Source of the DNA: a virus
Lineage: Duplodnaviria; Caudoviricetes
IMG/VR virus record: IMGVR_UViG_3300034106_004043
Strand: one strand, 5' to 3'
DNA: 64,000 nucleotides
The notes under the pieces are model-generated. The model was not told where the DNA came from and made no database searches. It was given only the letters and a program-made list of their open reading frames with translations. A program made the position numbers and the translations under genes. Within the stretch, counting starts at the first letter, position 1. Every line of letters starts with the position of its first letter. Positions 1-9,496 of this stretch are shown one piece after another.

Positions 1-513
1 TTTAGAATCATTTTGAACTTTTAATATTTCATTAAACATTCTATTTTTACTTGAAACAGTAAAAAGTTTTAAATAAAATATTTTATTTGTAGACACATAC
101 TCACTTGCCTCTAAAATCCAAAAATGATAGTTTGGTACTTTATATTTAAAATGAGCAATAGTGTCAATACCCCAACGAATATCAGTTCTATTCTCATCAT
201 CACCATACAAAAATTCAGATGAACCACATTCACATTTTTCAGAAAACCAATGACATATTTTACCACAGTTACATTCTTTAGGTTTTATTTTATTAGCCCC
301 TTTTGTTTCATCACCATTACTATGGTCATTGTCACCAGATGTTTTTCCAGTACCTTTCAAATCATAAATCAAACAACTAAGAGCTTCATAATCTGTTTGT
401 GCAATTTCTACACCGATTGGTAAATTAAGTTCAATACCATATTTTATTTTTTCACCCCAAGGTTTTGTGATGATTTTTAAAAAATCAATAACTTTTTGAT
501 AATTTTTTTTCAT
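1..513 (-). CDS. MamI-like PD-(D/E)XK endonuclease with Zn-ribbon (3' end runs off the window; absent from ORF track)
   Basis: Hand translation from ATG at 513 is open to position 1: MKKNYQKVIDFLKII...LKGTGKTSGDNDHSNGDETKGANKIKPKECNCGKICHWFSEKCECGSS...TDIRWGID. A D-x5-E-x-K motif followed by two Cys clusters and D-x-R-W resembles my recollection of the RE_MamI family. Confidence 0.55.
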   Translation of the reverse strand, partial: MKKNYQKVIDFLKIITKPWGEKIKYGIELNLPIGVEIAQTDYEALSCLIYDLKGTGKTSGDNDHSNGDETKGANKIKPKECNCGKICHWFSEKCECGSSEFLYGDDENRTDIRWGIDTIAHFKYKVPNYHFWILEASEYVSTNKIFYLKLFTVSSKNRMFNEILKVQNDSK

Positions 514-517
514 ATAA

Positions 518-548
518 CAAATATATAACAAAATTCTAACTTACCAAA
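518..548 (-). promoter_or_regulatory. Bacteroidota housekeeping-sigma promoter (-33 TTTG / -7 TAnnTTTG)
   Basis: Minus strand reads TTTG (548-545), a 19-nt spacer, TATATTTG (525-518), then ATG at 513; an exact match to the consensus. Confidence 0.6.
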
Positions 549-1393
549 TAATCTTTCACATTCATATTCATCACCGTATCAATCACATCTTGTGGTACTC
601 TGAACTCTTTGAACTCTGAATCCTCTTGCAATAATACAACAATACATCCATATAATTTCATGTTTTCGTATTTTGTCCCTTCCAACATTTTTAAGATTAA
701 CTTACCGTATAAAGGTAATTGAACATAGTAGTGTCCAAGAGCGGTATTTGGTAGGTTTTGGAATGGTTTATACATAGGTTTTGTAAAGTTATTACTTTCA
801 AAGTTTTTAGGTTTGTTTGTTTTCCAGTCAGTTATCAATAATCCAAACCCGTCTTTCTTCTTGTTTATAACCAACCACACCTTATCGGGTTGTCCTGTAT
901 ATCCTAATTCAGGATGACCCAAAACAATCTCCGTGTCTAACAAAACAACTTCACGTTCCTTCATTAGTTTTAGAAACTTAGAACCAGCAGTAATCATACT
1001 ATCACCCTTTAAAATCTGTGTAACATCACAATCAAAAATTGGTTGACGGACTTCTTTATAACTTCCACTACTTTCAATCAACTTCTTCTCCAAAAAGAAG
1101 TGAACCCTACTACCCATATTGGTAGAATAATCACCAGCGGCAGCCCACTCTTTAATCAGTGATTGTTTAATTACAGGATTTCCTTTTGATTTCCTTTCAG
1201 CCGCTTCGTCAGTCGGAAACTCAGGGTAGAACTTCTTCAACACCTTTGATACCGATGGGAAATTATTTTTAACAACCCCATCAACATCTTTCATAAAATA
1301 CGTGTGGGTATCCTCAATAAAGGTTAACTCCAACTCTTGTCTTTTGTTCTCTAAAATTTCTCGTAATTCTAAAGCAATTTCTTTTAATTCCAT
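536..1393 (-). CDS. PD-(D/E)XK exonuclease (Cas4/YqaJ-like phage nuclease)
   Basis: FIEDTHTY N-terminus, E-x-V-L, GQPD, DWKT and YxxQLxLY motifs; next to the primase. Confidence 0.75.
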   Translation of the reverse strand: MELKEIALELREILENKRQELELTFIEDTHTYFMKDVDGVVKNNFPSVSKVLKKFYPEFPTDEAAERKSKGNPVIKQSLIKEWAAAGDYSTNMGSRVHFFLEKKLIESSGSYKEVRQPIFDCDVTQILKGDSMITAGSKFLKLMKEREVVLLDTEIVLGHPELGYTGQPDKVWLVINKKKDGFGLLITDWKTNKPKNFESNNFTKPMYKPFQNLPNTALGHYYVQLPLYGKLILKMLEGTKYENMKLYGCIVVLLQEDSEFKEFRVPQDVIDTVMNMNVKDYLVS

Positions 1394-1394
1394 T

Positions 1395-2291
1395 TTAATA
1401 ACTCATTTCATAAAAATAATCATCTATCTTACCTTTCAAATCTGCAATGTCAGAATCTTTTGGTAGTTTTAGAATCTTCACTCTTCCCCTTAACTTCCCT
1501 CCATTTAGTTGGTTGTAAAGTTTTTGAGCGTCTTTCCAAGCATCAGCGTCCAAACATATAATAACATCTGACTTAGCTTTGGTATATATTGTTTCAAACA
1601 ACAATTCATGTAATACCTTCCCAAGTAAAACAACTGGGTTGGGTGTGAAGAACCCGTCAATCGCACCTTCACATAAGTAAATTGGTTTTTCCCAATCAAT
1701 CAACCTCTCATTGAATATAATTGTCTCCTTCGGGTATTCAGGATTTTTATACTTGTTCTTCGTTTTAAACCATGCTCTTGATATGAAGTAGTTAATCTCA
1801 TCGTCCATACCATATGACGGTATGATAATCCTACCTCCGTAGTCACCATCGGTAGCAAAACCAATATTAAACTTTTCAATCATCTCATCAGTAATACCAC
1901 GTGTCTTAATATATTTTAAAACTTCTCTGTGTGGGATGTGAAGGGGGTTAGCATCCTTAATTGAAATAAATTCTTTGGGGAGTTTTAACTTTTTTAATTC
2001 AACATGTTTTGACTTGTGTTCTTCGGGTTTGAATATGTCGTAAGTTTTCTTTTGGTTTTTGGTTCCAAAAATATCAATTAACTTACCTAAAACCCCGTGT
2101 GTTCCATTTGAGTCTGAACACGACCAACATTTATATACGTGTTCGTTAATATTAATTTCAAGGTTTCCTTTGTTTCTACCTTCATCACAATACGGACAAT
2201 TTATTGAAATCTGACCTTTGGAAGCATAATAATGTTTCTCTTTACCAAATAAGTCCCTAATAATTTCAAGTAAAATTTCATCTTCATCCAT
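1395..2291 (-). CDS. DnaG-type DNA primase (Zn finger + TOPRIM)
   Basis: CPYC...CWSC zinc finger, YLxxRGI, GRIIIP, CEGAIDG and LDADA TOPRIM motifs. ATG at 2291 (MDEDE) is preferred over the TTG at 2327. Confidence 0.9.
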   Translation of the reverse strand: MDEDEILLEIIRDLFGKEKHYYASKGQISINCPYCDEGRNKGNLEININEHVYKCWSCSDSNGTHGVLGKLIDIFGTKNQKKTYDIFKPEEHKSKHVELKKLKLPKEFISIKDANPLHIPHREVLKYIKTRGITDEMIEKFNIGFATDGDYGGRIIIPSYGMDDEINYFISRAWFKTKNKYKNPEYPKETIIFNERLIDWEKPIYLCEGAIDGFFTPNPVVLLGKVLHELLFETIYTKAKSDVIICLDADAWKDAQKLYNQLNGGKLRGRVKILKLPKDSDIADLKGKIDDYFYEMSY

Positions 2292-2353
2292 TACCTTAAT
2301 AATAAGATAAAAACTTATTGTTGTCAAACTTCACAAAGTTTTAAACCCTTTTA

Positions 2354-2361
2354 TATTTATA
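2354..2361 (+). promoter_or_regulatory. TATTTATA motif, putative phage late promoter
   Basis: 4 nt upstream of ATG 2366; its orientation follows the only plus-strand cassette. Confidence 0.5.
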
Positions 2362-2365
2362 TCAT

Positions 2366-2587
2366 ATGCCAACAACAATTACGGTTAGTAGTATTACAGG
2401 TTCAACTCCATTTGACATTTATTTATGTATGACTGGTGGAACTCCTTGTTATTTTATTGATAGAATAACTACAGGTGACCTTCCGTATAATTTCACTGTC
2501 CCAACTCCTATCCAAGAATTAAACGGATATGATTTAAGGGTAACTGATTCAGTTGGTTGTATAATAACAGGAACAACAAGTATTTAA
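2366..2587 (+). CDS. small stand-alone SprB-like/Ig domain protein (putative virion adaptor)
   Basis: [17 protein letters not shown]...LRVTDSVGC resembles the SprB repeat consensus; paralogous to 12627-12905 and the N-terminus of 39731-40735. Confidence 0.65.
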   Translation: MPTTITVSSITGSTPFDIYLCMTGGTPCYFIDRITTGDLPYNFTVPTPIQELNGYDLRVTDSVGCIITGTTSI

Positions 2588-2591
2588 AAAA

Positions 2592-5045
2592 TTGGCACTA
2601 AATTGGTATTCATTTTCGGGTTGTTGTAGTGGTACTACCTTTCAGGTTGAAGCTCCAAAACCTCCTTATAACTTTTCTTCAGGTAACACATATTATCTGA
2701 TAACTGACCAATACACGGGTTGTTCTCAATATTTAAGTTCAGGATATGCCTCAGGGACTACAGTATATAATTTGGAGAGTGGTAGTACATTATCATTTAC
2801 TAGTTGTACTCAATGTATTTCAACATATCCTTGTGTACCAAATCCTAGTCCAACTCCAACGTCAACACCCGCACCTACATCTACACCAACAGTTACACCA
2901 AGTATAACTCCAACAAACACACCAACAATCACTAAAACACCAACTAGCACTAAAACACCAACACCTACAAATACTTCGACAAAGACACCAACACCTTCAG
3001 TTACAAAAACAAACACACCTACGTTAACACAAACTCCAACATTAACACCAACACCTACAAATACCGGAACTCTTACTCCAACACCATCAATTACCGCAAC
3101 ACACACACCTACAAGAACATCAACACCAACATCAACGGTAACACCTACTAACACACCAACTAATACCGTAACATCAACTAACACACCAACACCATCAATA
3201 ACTTCAACCAATACTCCAACACCAACTGTTACCAAAACCCCATTACCAACATTTGCTGTAACTCAAACTGCAACACCAAGTGTTAGCGTTACTCAAACAC
3301 CAACACCAAGTCCAAGTACACCATACCAATGTGAACAAAATAGTTTTTGTGTTTCTATTAATCTATCAGGTTATAATGAATATAATGGAACATATTACAA
3401 TTATGGTAATTTTAATAGTTACGCTTTATTTTATTCACCCGACTCATTAACACCATCATACATTTATTACAATACTGTTGAAACAAGGTGGTGTTTATCC
3501 GAAACAAGTGGTGGAACATGTGTATTGTTTGGTCCAACAGGTAGTATTAGTTTATGTCCTGATTTAGACGAAACTTTATTTTTTACAAATTGTCCAACAC
3601 CAACTCCAACAAATACTGACCCTTGTAATGTATTTGACTTTACAGCAGTGTTTGATTGTAATATTACTTCAGGAGCAACTCCAACCCCAACTTTAAGTTT
3701 AACACCAACAACTACTCCAACCCCAACCCCAACACCAACACCATTATGTAATGGTAAATCTGTTATTTTCTCAGGTGTAAGTTATCCATTACCAGGACCA
3801 AGCCCGACACCATCTGTAACTCCAACAAACGCAGTTAAAGGAGTATCAATAACAGGTATTAGTGAATTCTTAACATTCTCAAACAAATTTTCAAGTCCAT
3901 ATTCAAAACTACTATTAGACTGTGATGGATATAACAAATATTTAGTTTATGGAGAAATACCATTTAACACAGGCGCAACATTTAGTGTTGTTATTAATAA
4001 TAATTCAGTTTGTGTAACTTATAATAGTGATGTTCTAAACGCACCAACACATGTTTTACAATCAATTGAAAGTGGTAACTTATTTGATTGTAGATTTTGT
4101 AATCCAGTATTAACTTCAACACCTACACCAACACCGACAATTACCCCAACCCCAACACAACCATGTCCAAATATAATACAAACAATATCAGTGGGAACAG
4201 GTCCATTCTTTATAGTATTTGACGATGTTAATGAATACATGTATGTAATTAATCAAACAAGTGATAATGTTACAGTTATTAACATTAACGATTATTCAAT
4301 TGTCACAACAATACCTGTGGGGAATCAACCTTTAGGTGGTGTATTGAATAACGATAATACAATATTATATGTTGGTAATTTCTCAGATAATACAATATCA
4401 GTAATTAACACATCAACGCTTTCAACAGGAACAACTATATCTGTAAATAGTGGCCCATACGGCTTAACGTATGATAATATTCAAGATGTATTATACGTTG
4501 CAGAATACAATAATGGTACTGTAAGTTCAATAAAAGGTGGTACAATAATTAATACATACTCAACAGGAACTCGACCACTTCAACCAGCGTTTAATGAAAA
4601 TAATTCACAAGTATATGTACCAAACACAATAAGTAGTACTGTGGTATCAATTGACACTATAAAAGGAATTACCGCATCAACTATAACAATGCCTTCCGGG
4701 TCTTTACCTAGATACTGTTTATATGTACCAATAAACAATACTGTATATACACTTTTAAATGGTACTGATAAAGTCATAACAATTAACCCAATAACTAACA
4801 CAACAGGAACAACAATAACTGTTGGTACAAATCCAATAGGTATGGCATTTGACACTAACAGTAACACACTATATGTAAGTAATGCAACAACAGATAATAT
4901 TAGTGTGATAGATGTATTAACTAATACAGTTATTAAAACAATTAATGTTGGTAATTTCCCAAGAGGTGTAGCATATGACACTAAATATGATAGAATCTAC
5001 GTTGAAAATAGTTTAGACAATACAGTATCGGTATTGTGTACATAA
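2592..5045 (+). CDS. modular virion adhesin: Cys-rich CC domain, Thr-Pro linkers, C-terminal YVTN beta-propeller
   Basis: TTG start. N-terminal CC...CxxC-x5-C; long TPT repeats; about 7 repeats of type [33 protein letters not shown] from ~4170. Confidence 0.75.
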   Translation: MALNWYSFSGCCSGTTFQVEAPKPPYNFSSGNTYYLITDQYTGCSQYLSSGYASGTTVYNLESGSTLSFTSCTQCISTYPCVPNPSPTPTSTPAPTSTPTVTPSITPTNTPTITKTPTSTKTPTPTNTSTKTPTPSVTKTNTPTLTQTPTLTPTPTNTGTLTPTPSITATHTPTRTSTPTSTVTPTNTPTNTVTSTNTPTPSITSTNTPTPTVTKTPLPTFAVTQTATPSVSVTQTPTPSPSTPYQCEQNSFCVSINLSGYNEYNGTYYNYGNFNSYALFYSPDSLTPSYIYYNTVETRWCLSETSGGTCVLFGPTGSISLCPDLDETLFFTNCPTPTPTNTDPCNVFDFTAVFDCNITSGATPTPTLSLTPTTTPTPTPTPTPLCNGKSVIFSGVSYPLPGPSPTPSVTPTNAVKGVSITGISEFLTFSNKFSSPYSKLLLDCDGYNKYLVYGEIPFNTGATFSVVINNNSVCVTYNSDVLNAPTHVLQSIESGNLFDCRFCNPVLTSTPTPTPTITPTPTQPCPNIIQTISVGTGPFFIVFDDVNEYMYVINQTSDNVTVININDYSIVTTIPVGNQPLGGVLNNDNTILYVGNFSDNTISVINTSTLSTGTTISVNSGPYGLTYDNIQDVLYVAEYNNGTVSSIKGGTIINTYSTGTRPLQPAFNENNSQVYVPNTISSTVVSIDTIKGITASTITMPSGSLPRYCLYVPINNTVYTLLNGTDKVITINPITNTTGTTITVGTNPIGMAFDTNSNTLYVSNATTDNISVIDVLTNTVIKTINVGNFPRGVAYDTKYDRIYVENSLDNTVSVLCT

Positions 5046-5050
5046 CAAAA

Positions 5051-5070
5051 AAGGTGTCAAACGACACCTT
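5051..5070. terminator. bidirectional intrinsic terminator
   Basis: AAGGTGTC-AAAC-GACACCTT perfect 8-bp stem between convergent genes; A-tract on the left, AATTTT on the right. Confidence 0.75.
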
Positions 5071-5091
5071 AATTTTAAATTAAAAATCTTA

Positions 5092-5685
5092 TTATTTTTT
5101 AGAATTTAGATAACTTAATACAACAGTATAAGCATCTGTCATATCAAAATTCTCTTTCTTTAAAGTATTGTTTCTTGTATATAACCAATTAATTTGAGGT
5201 TCTCTCTTCGCAACAAGTTCCCATATAATCATCTTCTTATCACAATCTTTTGGATACCCCCCAAATAATACAAACTTACCTTTCTCGTTTTTTTTAACCA
5301 ATTCAGGCCAAGCTTCTTTTCTTGAGTTATATGTTGAGACGTATTCAGGAACGATACCTAATACATCATAAACTTCTTTAGTAATTAATGTGTTGTATCT
5401 TAATAGTGTTCCGATAGTATAAGCATTATTACTATTCAACAAAGGTTCTTCAATTACACATCTAACAACACCAACACCTTTGTATTCCTCCAACTTCTTT
5501 CTGAATGTCGCAGATTTTAATAACATTTCTTCAATCTTGGTTTCAGGTGTCGGTTTTGGTTGTGGTGAAACATGTGTCAACTCCAATAAATCTCTTGAAG
5601 ATAAATCAAACAATGCAACACCAATAGTTTTAGTTGAAACATCCAATCCCAAAATCTTAGGAGAATTCTTAATACTTTTTGCCAT
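5092..5685 (-). CDS. RuvC-like Holliday junction resolvase
   Basis: ILGLDVSTKTIG (D), IEEP (E), DMTDA (D..D) RNase H-fold acidic residues. Confidence 0.8.
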   Translation of the reverse strand: MAKSIKNSPKILGLDVSTKTIGVALFDLSSRDLLELTHVSPQPKPTPETKIEEMLLKSATFRKKLEEYKGVGVVRCVIEEPLLNSNNAYTIGTLLRYNTLITKEVYDVLGIVPEYVSTYNSRKEAWPELVKKNEKGKFVLFGGYPKDCDKKMIIWELVAKREPQINWLYTRNNTLKKENFDMTDAYTVVLSYLNSKK

Positions 5686-5741
5686 ATCTAATGTTAGTTA
5701 TTAGATTTAATATTAAATTAATTAACTTAATAGTAAATAAT

Positions 5742-7928
5742 TTAAAAATCTAACTTAACAACTGCTTGTTGAACACCTTGTCTTATTTGAGGTGATTGGA
5801 ATTTAGTCAGTACTAATAAGTTTTTATTAACATCATATAAACCTATTTCAGACATATAAGGTGTGTTACCCGCAGTCCAAGTTGGGTTAGATGTATTAAC
5901 AAATTGAGTATTAGGTAGATTAATTATATATCTCATCTCATAAATTGTTGCCTGAATATCAGTATTAACATTACCATAGAATGAATATTCATCACCAAAC
6001 CCTAAATAATTTGTCTCAGTCGCCAATGGAATTTCAATCTGATTACTTAAATTATATGAACTACCATTATTATATATTGTAGGTGTAATTGTATATGTTA
6101 TCGCACTTAATCCAACAGGATTAATATAACCACCAACTGTATAACCTGATAAAGAATTAGTAAAATCAATTGAAACCCATTTTGTCGGGTCGGGAGTGAC
6201 TTGTGATGTCGTACCTGTTTGCACCAACATTGTAAAACCTGTTGCAAAAAACCCATTAGTTGCACCTGTCGTCATACATCCAAACTCATCCCCAAATCTA
6301 ACAATAACATTTTGTTCTGTTGTACTAACACCTGTTACTGGTCCAATAATTTTTTGATAATAATTACAATGAAGTCCTTGCCATGGTCCTTGGAATGAGT
6401 AAGTCACCCAAGCACATTGTTGGTCATTATCAAGTAAACCATCTGTGGTATTATCACCACAAGAACCAGGTGTAACCAATCCTAATTTAGGTGCAGGTAA
6501 TGTGTAATTTCTATTAGAGATATTATTCATTACCGCAACGATTTCCTCATCATCAAAAATAATAACTTTATCATCAGGAAAAACTTTTCCAACTCTATTT
6601 GGTAATCCATTTTTTGGATTTGGATGAGTATCATATAAATGATAATATCTCATACCAGGTGAATTCATGTCTGAGTTCTTAAGTGATTTTAAATAATAAG
6701 GTGTTAATAAATCGTAGTTATTAAATCCTGCAGGGTCTATCCAAAATGTCTCTCCACTACAACAAGTTGTTGGGTTTTTATGCCACATTAACCAAGGTAA
6801 ATTAATACTAAAGTTCCTTGCCTGTCCTGTCGCTCCAGGATTTGTGGTGTCATAAGCTTCACAAGCAAACTTTTCACCATAAAAATTAATAATCGTATTG
6901 TTAGTATAATGTACTATCGCAACCGCCTTTTGTTCTTCAGGTGTCACTATAATTTCCTCATTAAATGAGTTATAATAATAAACATTAGAAGTACCACTTT
7001 GTCCACTTGAGGACATGTAACCAAAATACTCTTTTGAACTAATGTAATCTTTTGAACCAAAGTCATTAAATTGTCTGTAAGGTGTTATTAAACCAGCAGG
7101 ATTAACCGACCAAGGAATATTCATATTCCAAACTTTAACTAAACCATCTTCAGGTGTACAAACTGATTCGTAATTAATAACACTATCATTCCAATAGTTC
7201 ATCGGTGTTGGTAAATCATAACCAGTCATACCTGATGGGTAAAAGAATAAACGAGCATTACCCGTATATCCAATAGTATTTAAATCAGGTAAAAATCTAT
7301 CTAAAGTAATGTTTAATCCATTAACACTTATAACTTTGTATGTTAATATAGGATGACACGAATCAATACAACCACAAGATGACCCTCCACTCATATAGAT
7401 GGTAACAAAAGTACCTGCTGAAATAGTGGTACCTGATGCTGAATCAGAACAAGGACTTGAACTCATAGTTAAAATCGTACTTCCACCATTAAATGATGAA
7501 CCAGATAAATTAACAACATATTGTGAGTTGTAGGTATAAGCACTTGTATGATATGGCATAAAACAAGTAGACGCAGTAGTAGCTGTTACAAAAAAACCAC
7601 TAGGTGCCGCAGTGTTATAAACTGAATCATCCGCAGATGCCATAAATGGAATACCGTAAGTTATACCATTAAATCCTTGTAAATAAAATGGGTATTTAAT
7701 ATCCGTTCTTGTAGATTGTGGAATACCAACATTGTTTTGAGCATTGTATGGCGGTTCCAAAACCATATAATCAGAATTATCGTAATTAGATAAAGCGGTG
7801 TAATTAACTTCACTATCACCTATTTGAAAATAAGCCACGTTGAAATTACCTTCGGATATTTTTCTTCTCCCAACATCCGTTAATCTTGTTACAAGTAATC
7901 CTTGATTTTCTTTTATTATATAACCCAT
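5742..7928 (-). CDS. virion structural protein (baseplate/fibre-attachment, P2 gpH N-terminal-like split domain)
   Basis: N-terminal LTDVGRRKISEGNFNVAYFQIGDSEVNY and C-terminal SEIGLYDVNKNLLVLTKFQSP are typical of such phage tail proteins. Confidence 0.55.
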   Translation of the reverse strand: MGYIIKENQGLLVTRLTDVGRRKISEGNFNVAYFQIGDSEVNYTALSNYDNSDYMVLEPPYNAQNNVGIPQSTRTDIKYPFYLQGFNGITYGIPFMASADDSVYNTAAPSGFFVTATTASTCFMPYHTSAYTYNSQYVVNLSGSSFNGGSTILTMSSSPCSDSASGTTISAGTFVTIYMSGGSSCGCIDSCHPILTYKVISVNGLNITLDRFLPDLNTIGYTGNARLFFYPSGMTGYDLPTPMNYWNDSVINYESVCTPEDGLVKVWNMNIPWSVNPAGLITPYRQFNDFGSKDYISSKEYFGYMSSSGQSGTSNVYYYNSFNEEIIVTPEEQKAVAIVHYTNNTIINFYGEKFACEAYDTTNPGATGQARNFSINLPWLMWHKNPTTCCSGETFWIDPAGFNNYDLLTPYYLKSLKNSDMNSPGMRYYHLYDTHPNPKNGLPNRVGKVFPDDKVIIFDDEEIVAVMNNISNRNYTLPAPKLGLVTPGSCGDNTTDGLLDNDQQCAWVTYSFQGPWQGLHCNYYQKIIGPVTGVSTTEQNVIVRFGDEFGCMTTGATNGFFATGFTMLVQTGTTSQVTPDPTKWVSIDFTNSLSGYTVGGYINPVGLSAITYTITPTIYNNGSSYNLSNQIEIPLATETNYLGFGDEYSFYGNVNTDIQATIYEMRYIINLPNTQFVNTSNPTWTAGNTPYMSEIGLYDVNKNLLVLTKFQSPQIRQGVQQAVVKLDF

Positions 7929-7963
7929 TTCTAATAATTATCTATTATTTATATTTTATTCTA

Positions 7964-9439
7964 TTAAGGCCCATATGAATTTAAAAGAACCGACCCACTA
8001 ACAGGTTGCCCAACAGATTTTTGAATATCTAAAGTTATTATTCTAAGGAGATAATTTACATCAAATCCTGTTGATAAATAACCACAAATATTTGTAGTTT
8101 CAGAATTTGTATGTACAAAACCACCAGATAATTTTATCATATCATAACATGTTGTAAGTTGTGGTGTTCCATCAAATGACCAACTAAATGTTAATTCAAT
8201 ATCTAATTGGTCACCTCTATTAATAGTTAATTGATTGTTACTTGTGTATATATAATTATCATTTTTAATTGACCCACAAGGACTATTATCAACAATGTTT
8301 GATAGTGACGAACCTAATGTAAATGGTATTGTTTGTTGCGTACCATTTTGAAAAGTTTGAATTACATTAAATGAAATGGTGTAATTGATAGAATTATTTA
8401 TCAACTGAATTAATTCAACTTGTGGATTAAAAGTTAGGTATGTCGTTATTTGAGAACCTTGTGGTAATGAAGGATAAGTTACGTTTGAAGTATAAGTTAA
8501 ATTTGAAACAACTGGATAGGTATTAGATATTACATTATTAACTTGTGTAGAATAATTAATTTCAACAGGTTCTGTATTTATAATTTCAAAACTTACTGAG
8601 TCACTAATATTACCATTAGAATCAATAGCTTGTGCGGTATGTGAACCCACAGATAATCCAAATATAACGTTTGAATTCTTCAATTGCCCATCAACATAAT
8701 ATGTAAATGGTCCACCTGAGTTTGATGTAGCAATTAATGTAACAGAGCCATTATTTTCATTTATAAATGAACATCCAGGTTCTGTTTGATATTGTAAATC
8801 AACAACTGTAGATTGGGTATTAGCACTACACGCACCTTCTAAAAAATTTGCAGATACTCCAACAATATTTCCAATCCCACCTCCAATCCAAATACCTGTC
8901 GGCTGGTCATTTAATGGACTTGGGTTTTTAGTAAATGAAATAATCCCTATTGAACAATCATTTGTTATAGAAAATGTGTTTTGGTTTTCAACTGATGAAA
9001 CCCAACCGTTACTACCATAAGACAATGTCATTCCTGTAACTCCAATGTCCGAAATATTAACTAATGAATAAACGGGATGGTAATTTTGAGTTGACGCACT
9101 TATAAAATTCAAAAATATTGGTGTACCACATAATTCAAATGTTAAACACAATTCAGGAGAATAATAAATTGGTGTAGGACTTGATATTGAACAACAATAT
9201 GAAGGTGCCGATGAACATGTATTAACGTCACTTGATACTAATGTCGCAGTGTCCGCAATATAATCAAATCCTGACATACTCAACCCTAATATCTGTTCAA
9301 TTATACAACAGAAATTATACCCACCAACTGATTGAATATACCACATCTCACCAACTAATGCACCACTTGGCATATTAACGATGTACTGGTTACCACTACA
9401 ACAATCTGATACTAAATAATTATAAGGAGTCACAATCAT
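7964..9439 (-). CDS. virion protein with Cys-rich CC domain and one SprB-like repeat
   Basis: DCCSG N-terminus; GCSFINENNGSVTL...GPFTYYV...GLSVGSHTAQAIDSNG. Confidence 0.55.
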   Translation of the reverse strand: MIVTPYNYLVSDCCSGNQYIVNMPSGALVGEMWYIQSVGGYNFCCIIEQILGLSMSGFDYIADTATLVSSDVNTCSSAPSYCCSISSPTPIYYSPELCLTFELCGTPIFLNFISASTQNYHPVYSLVNISDIGVTGMTLSYGSNGWVSSVENQNTFSITNDCSIGIISFTKNPSPLNDQPTGIWIGGGIGNIVGVSANFLEGACSANTQSTVVDLQYQTEPGCSFINENNGSVTLIATSNSGGPFTYYVDGQLKNSNVIFGLSVGSHTAQAIDSNGNISDSVSFEIINTEPVEINYSTQVNNVISNTYPVVSNLTYTSNVTYPSLPQGSQITTYLTFNPQVELIQLINNSINYTISFNVIQTFQNGTQQTIPFTLGSSLSNIVDNSPCGSIKNDNYIYTSNNQLTINRGDQLDIELTFSWSFDGTPQLTTCYDMIKLSGGFVHTNSETTNICGYLSTGFDVNYLLRIITLDIQKSVGQPVSGSVLLNSYGP

Positions 9440-9451
9440 AATTTACTATAC

Positions 9452-9459
9452 TATAAATA
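9452..9459 (-). promoter_or_regulatory. TATTTATA putative late promoter
   Basis: 12 nt upstream of ATG 9439; a second TATTTAT lies at 9487-9493. Confidence 0.5.
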
Positions 9460-9496
9460 ATAGTACTAATGTTTTTTAAAAATGAAATAAATATCA

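Noticed and set aside
330-360. GTGKT as a Walker A motif in the partial ORF
   Set aside because: It lacks the upstream Gly of GxxxxGKT and fits the nuclease-like context better.
2292-2327. ORF-track extended starts (2327, 29941, 37517)
   Set aside because: Downstream ATGs (2291, 29914, 37487) fit paralog N-termini or stop-start coupling better.
2810-4981. Val/Gly-rich antisense ORFs (2810-3235, 4019-4240, 4580-4981; also 36253-36450)
   Set aside because: Antisense shadows of Thr-Pro linkers and propeller repeats.
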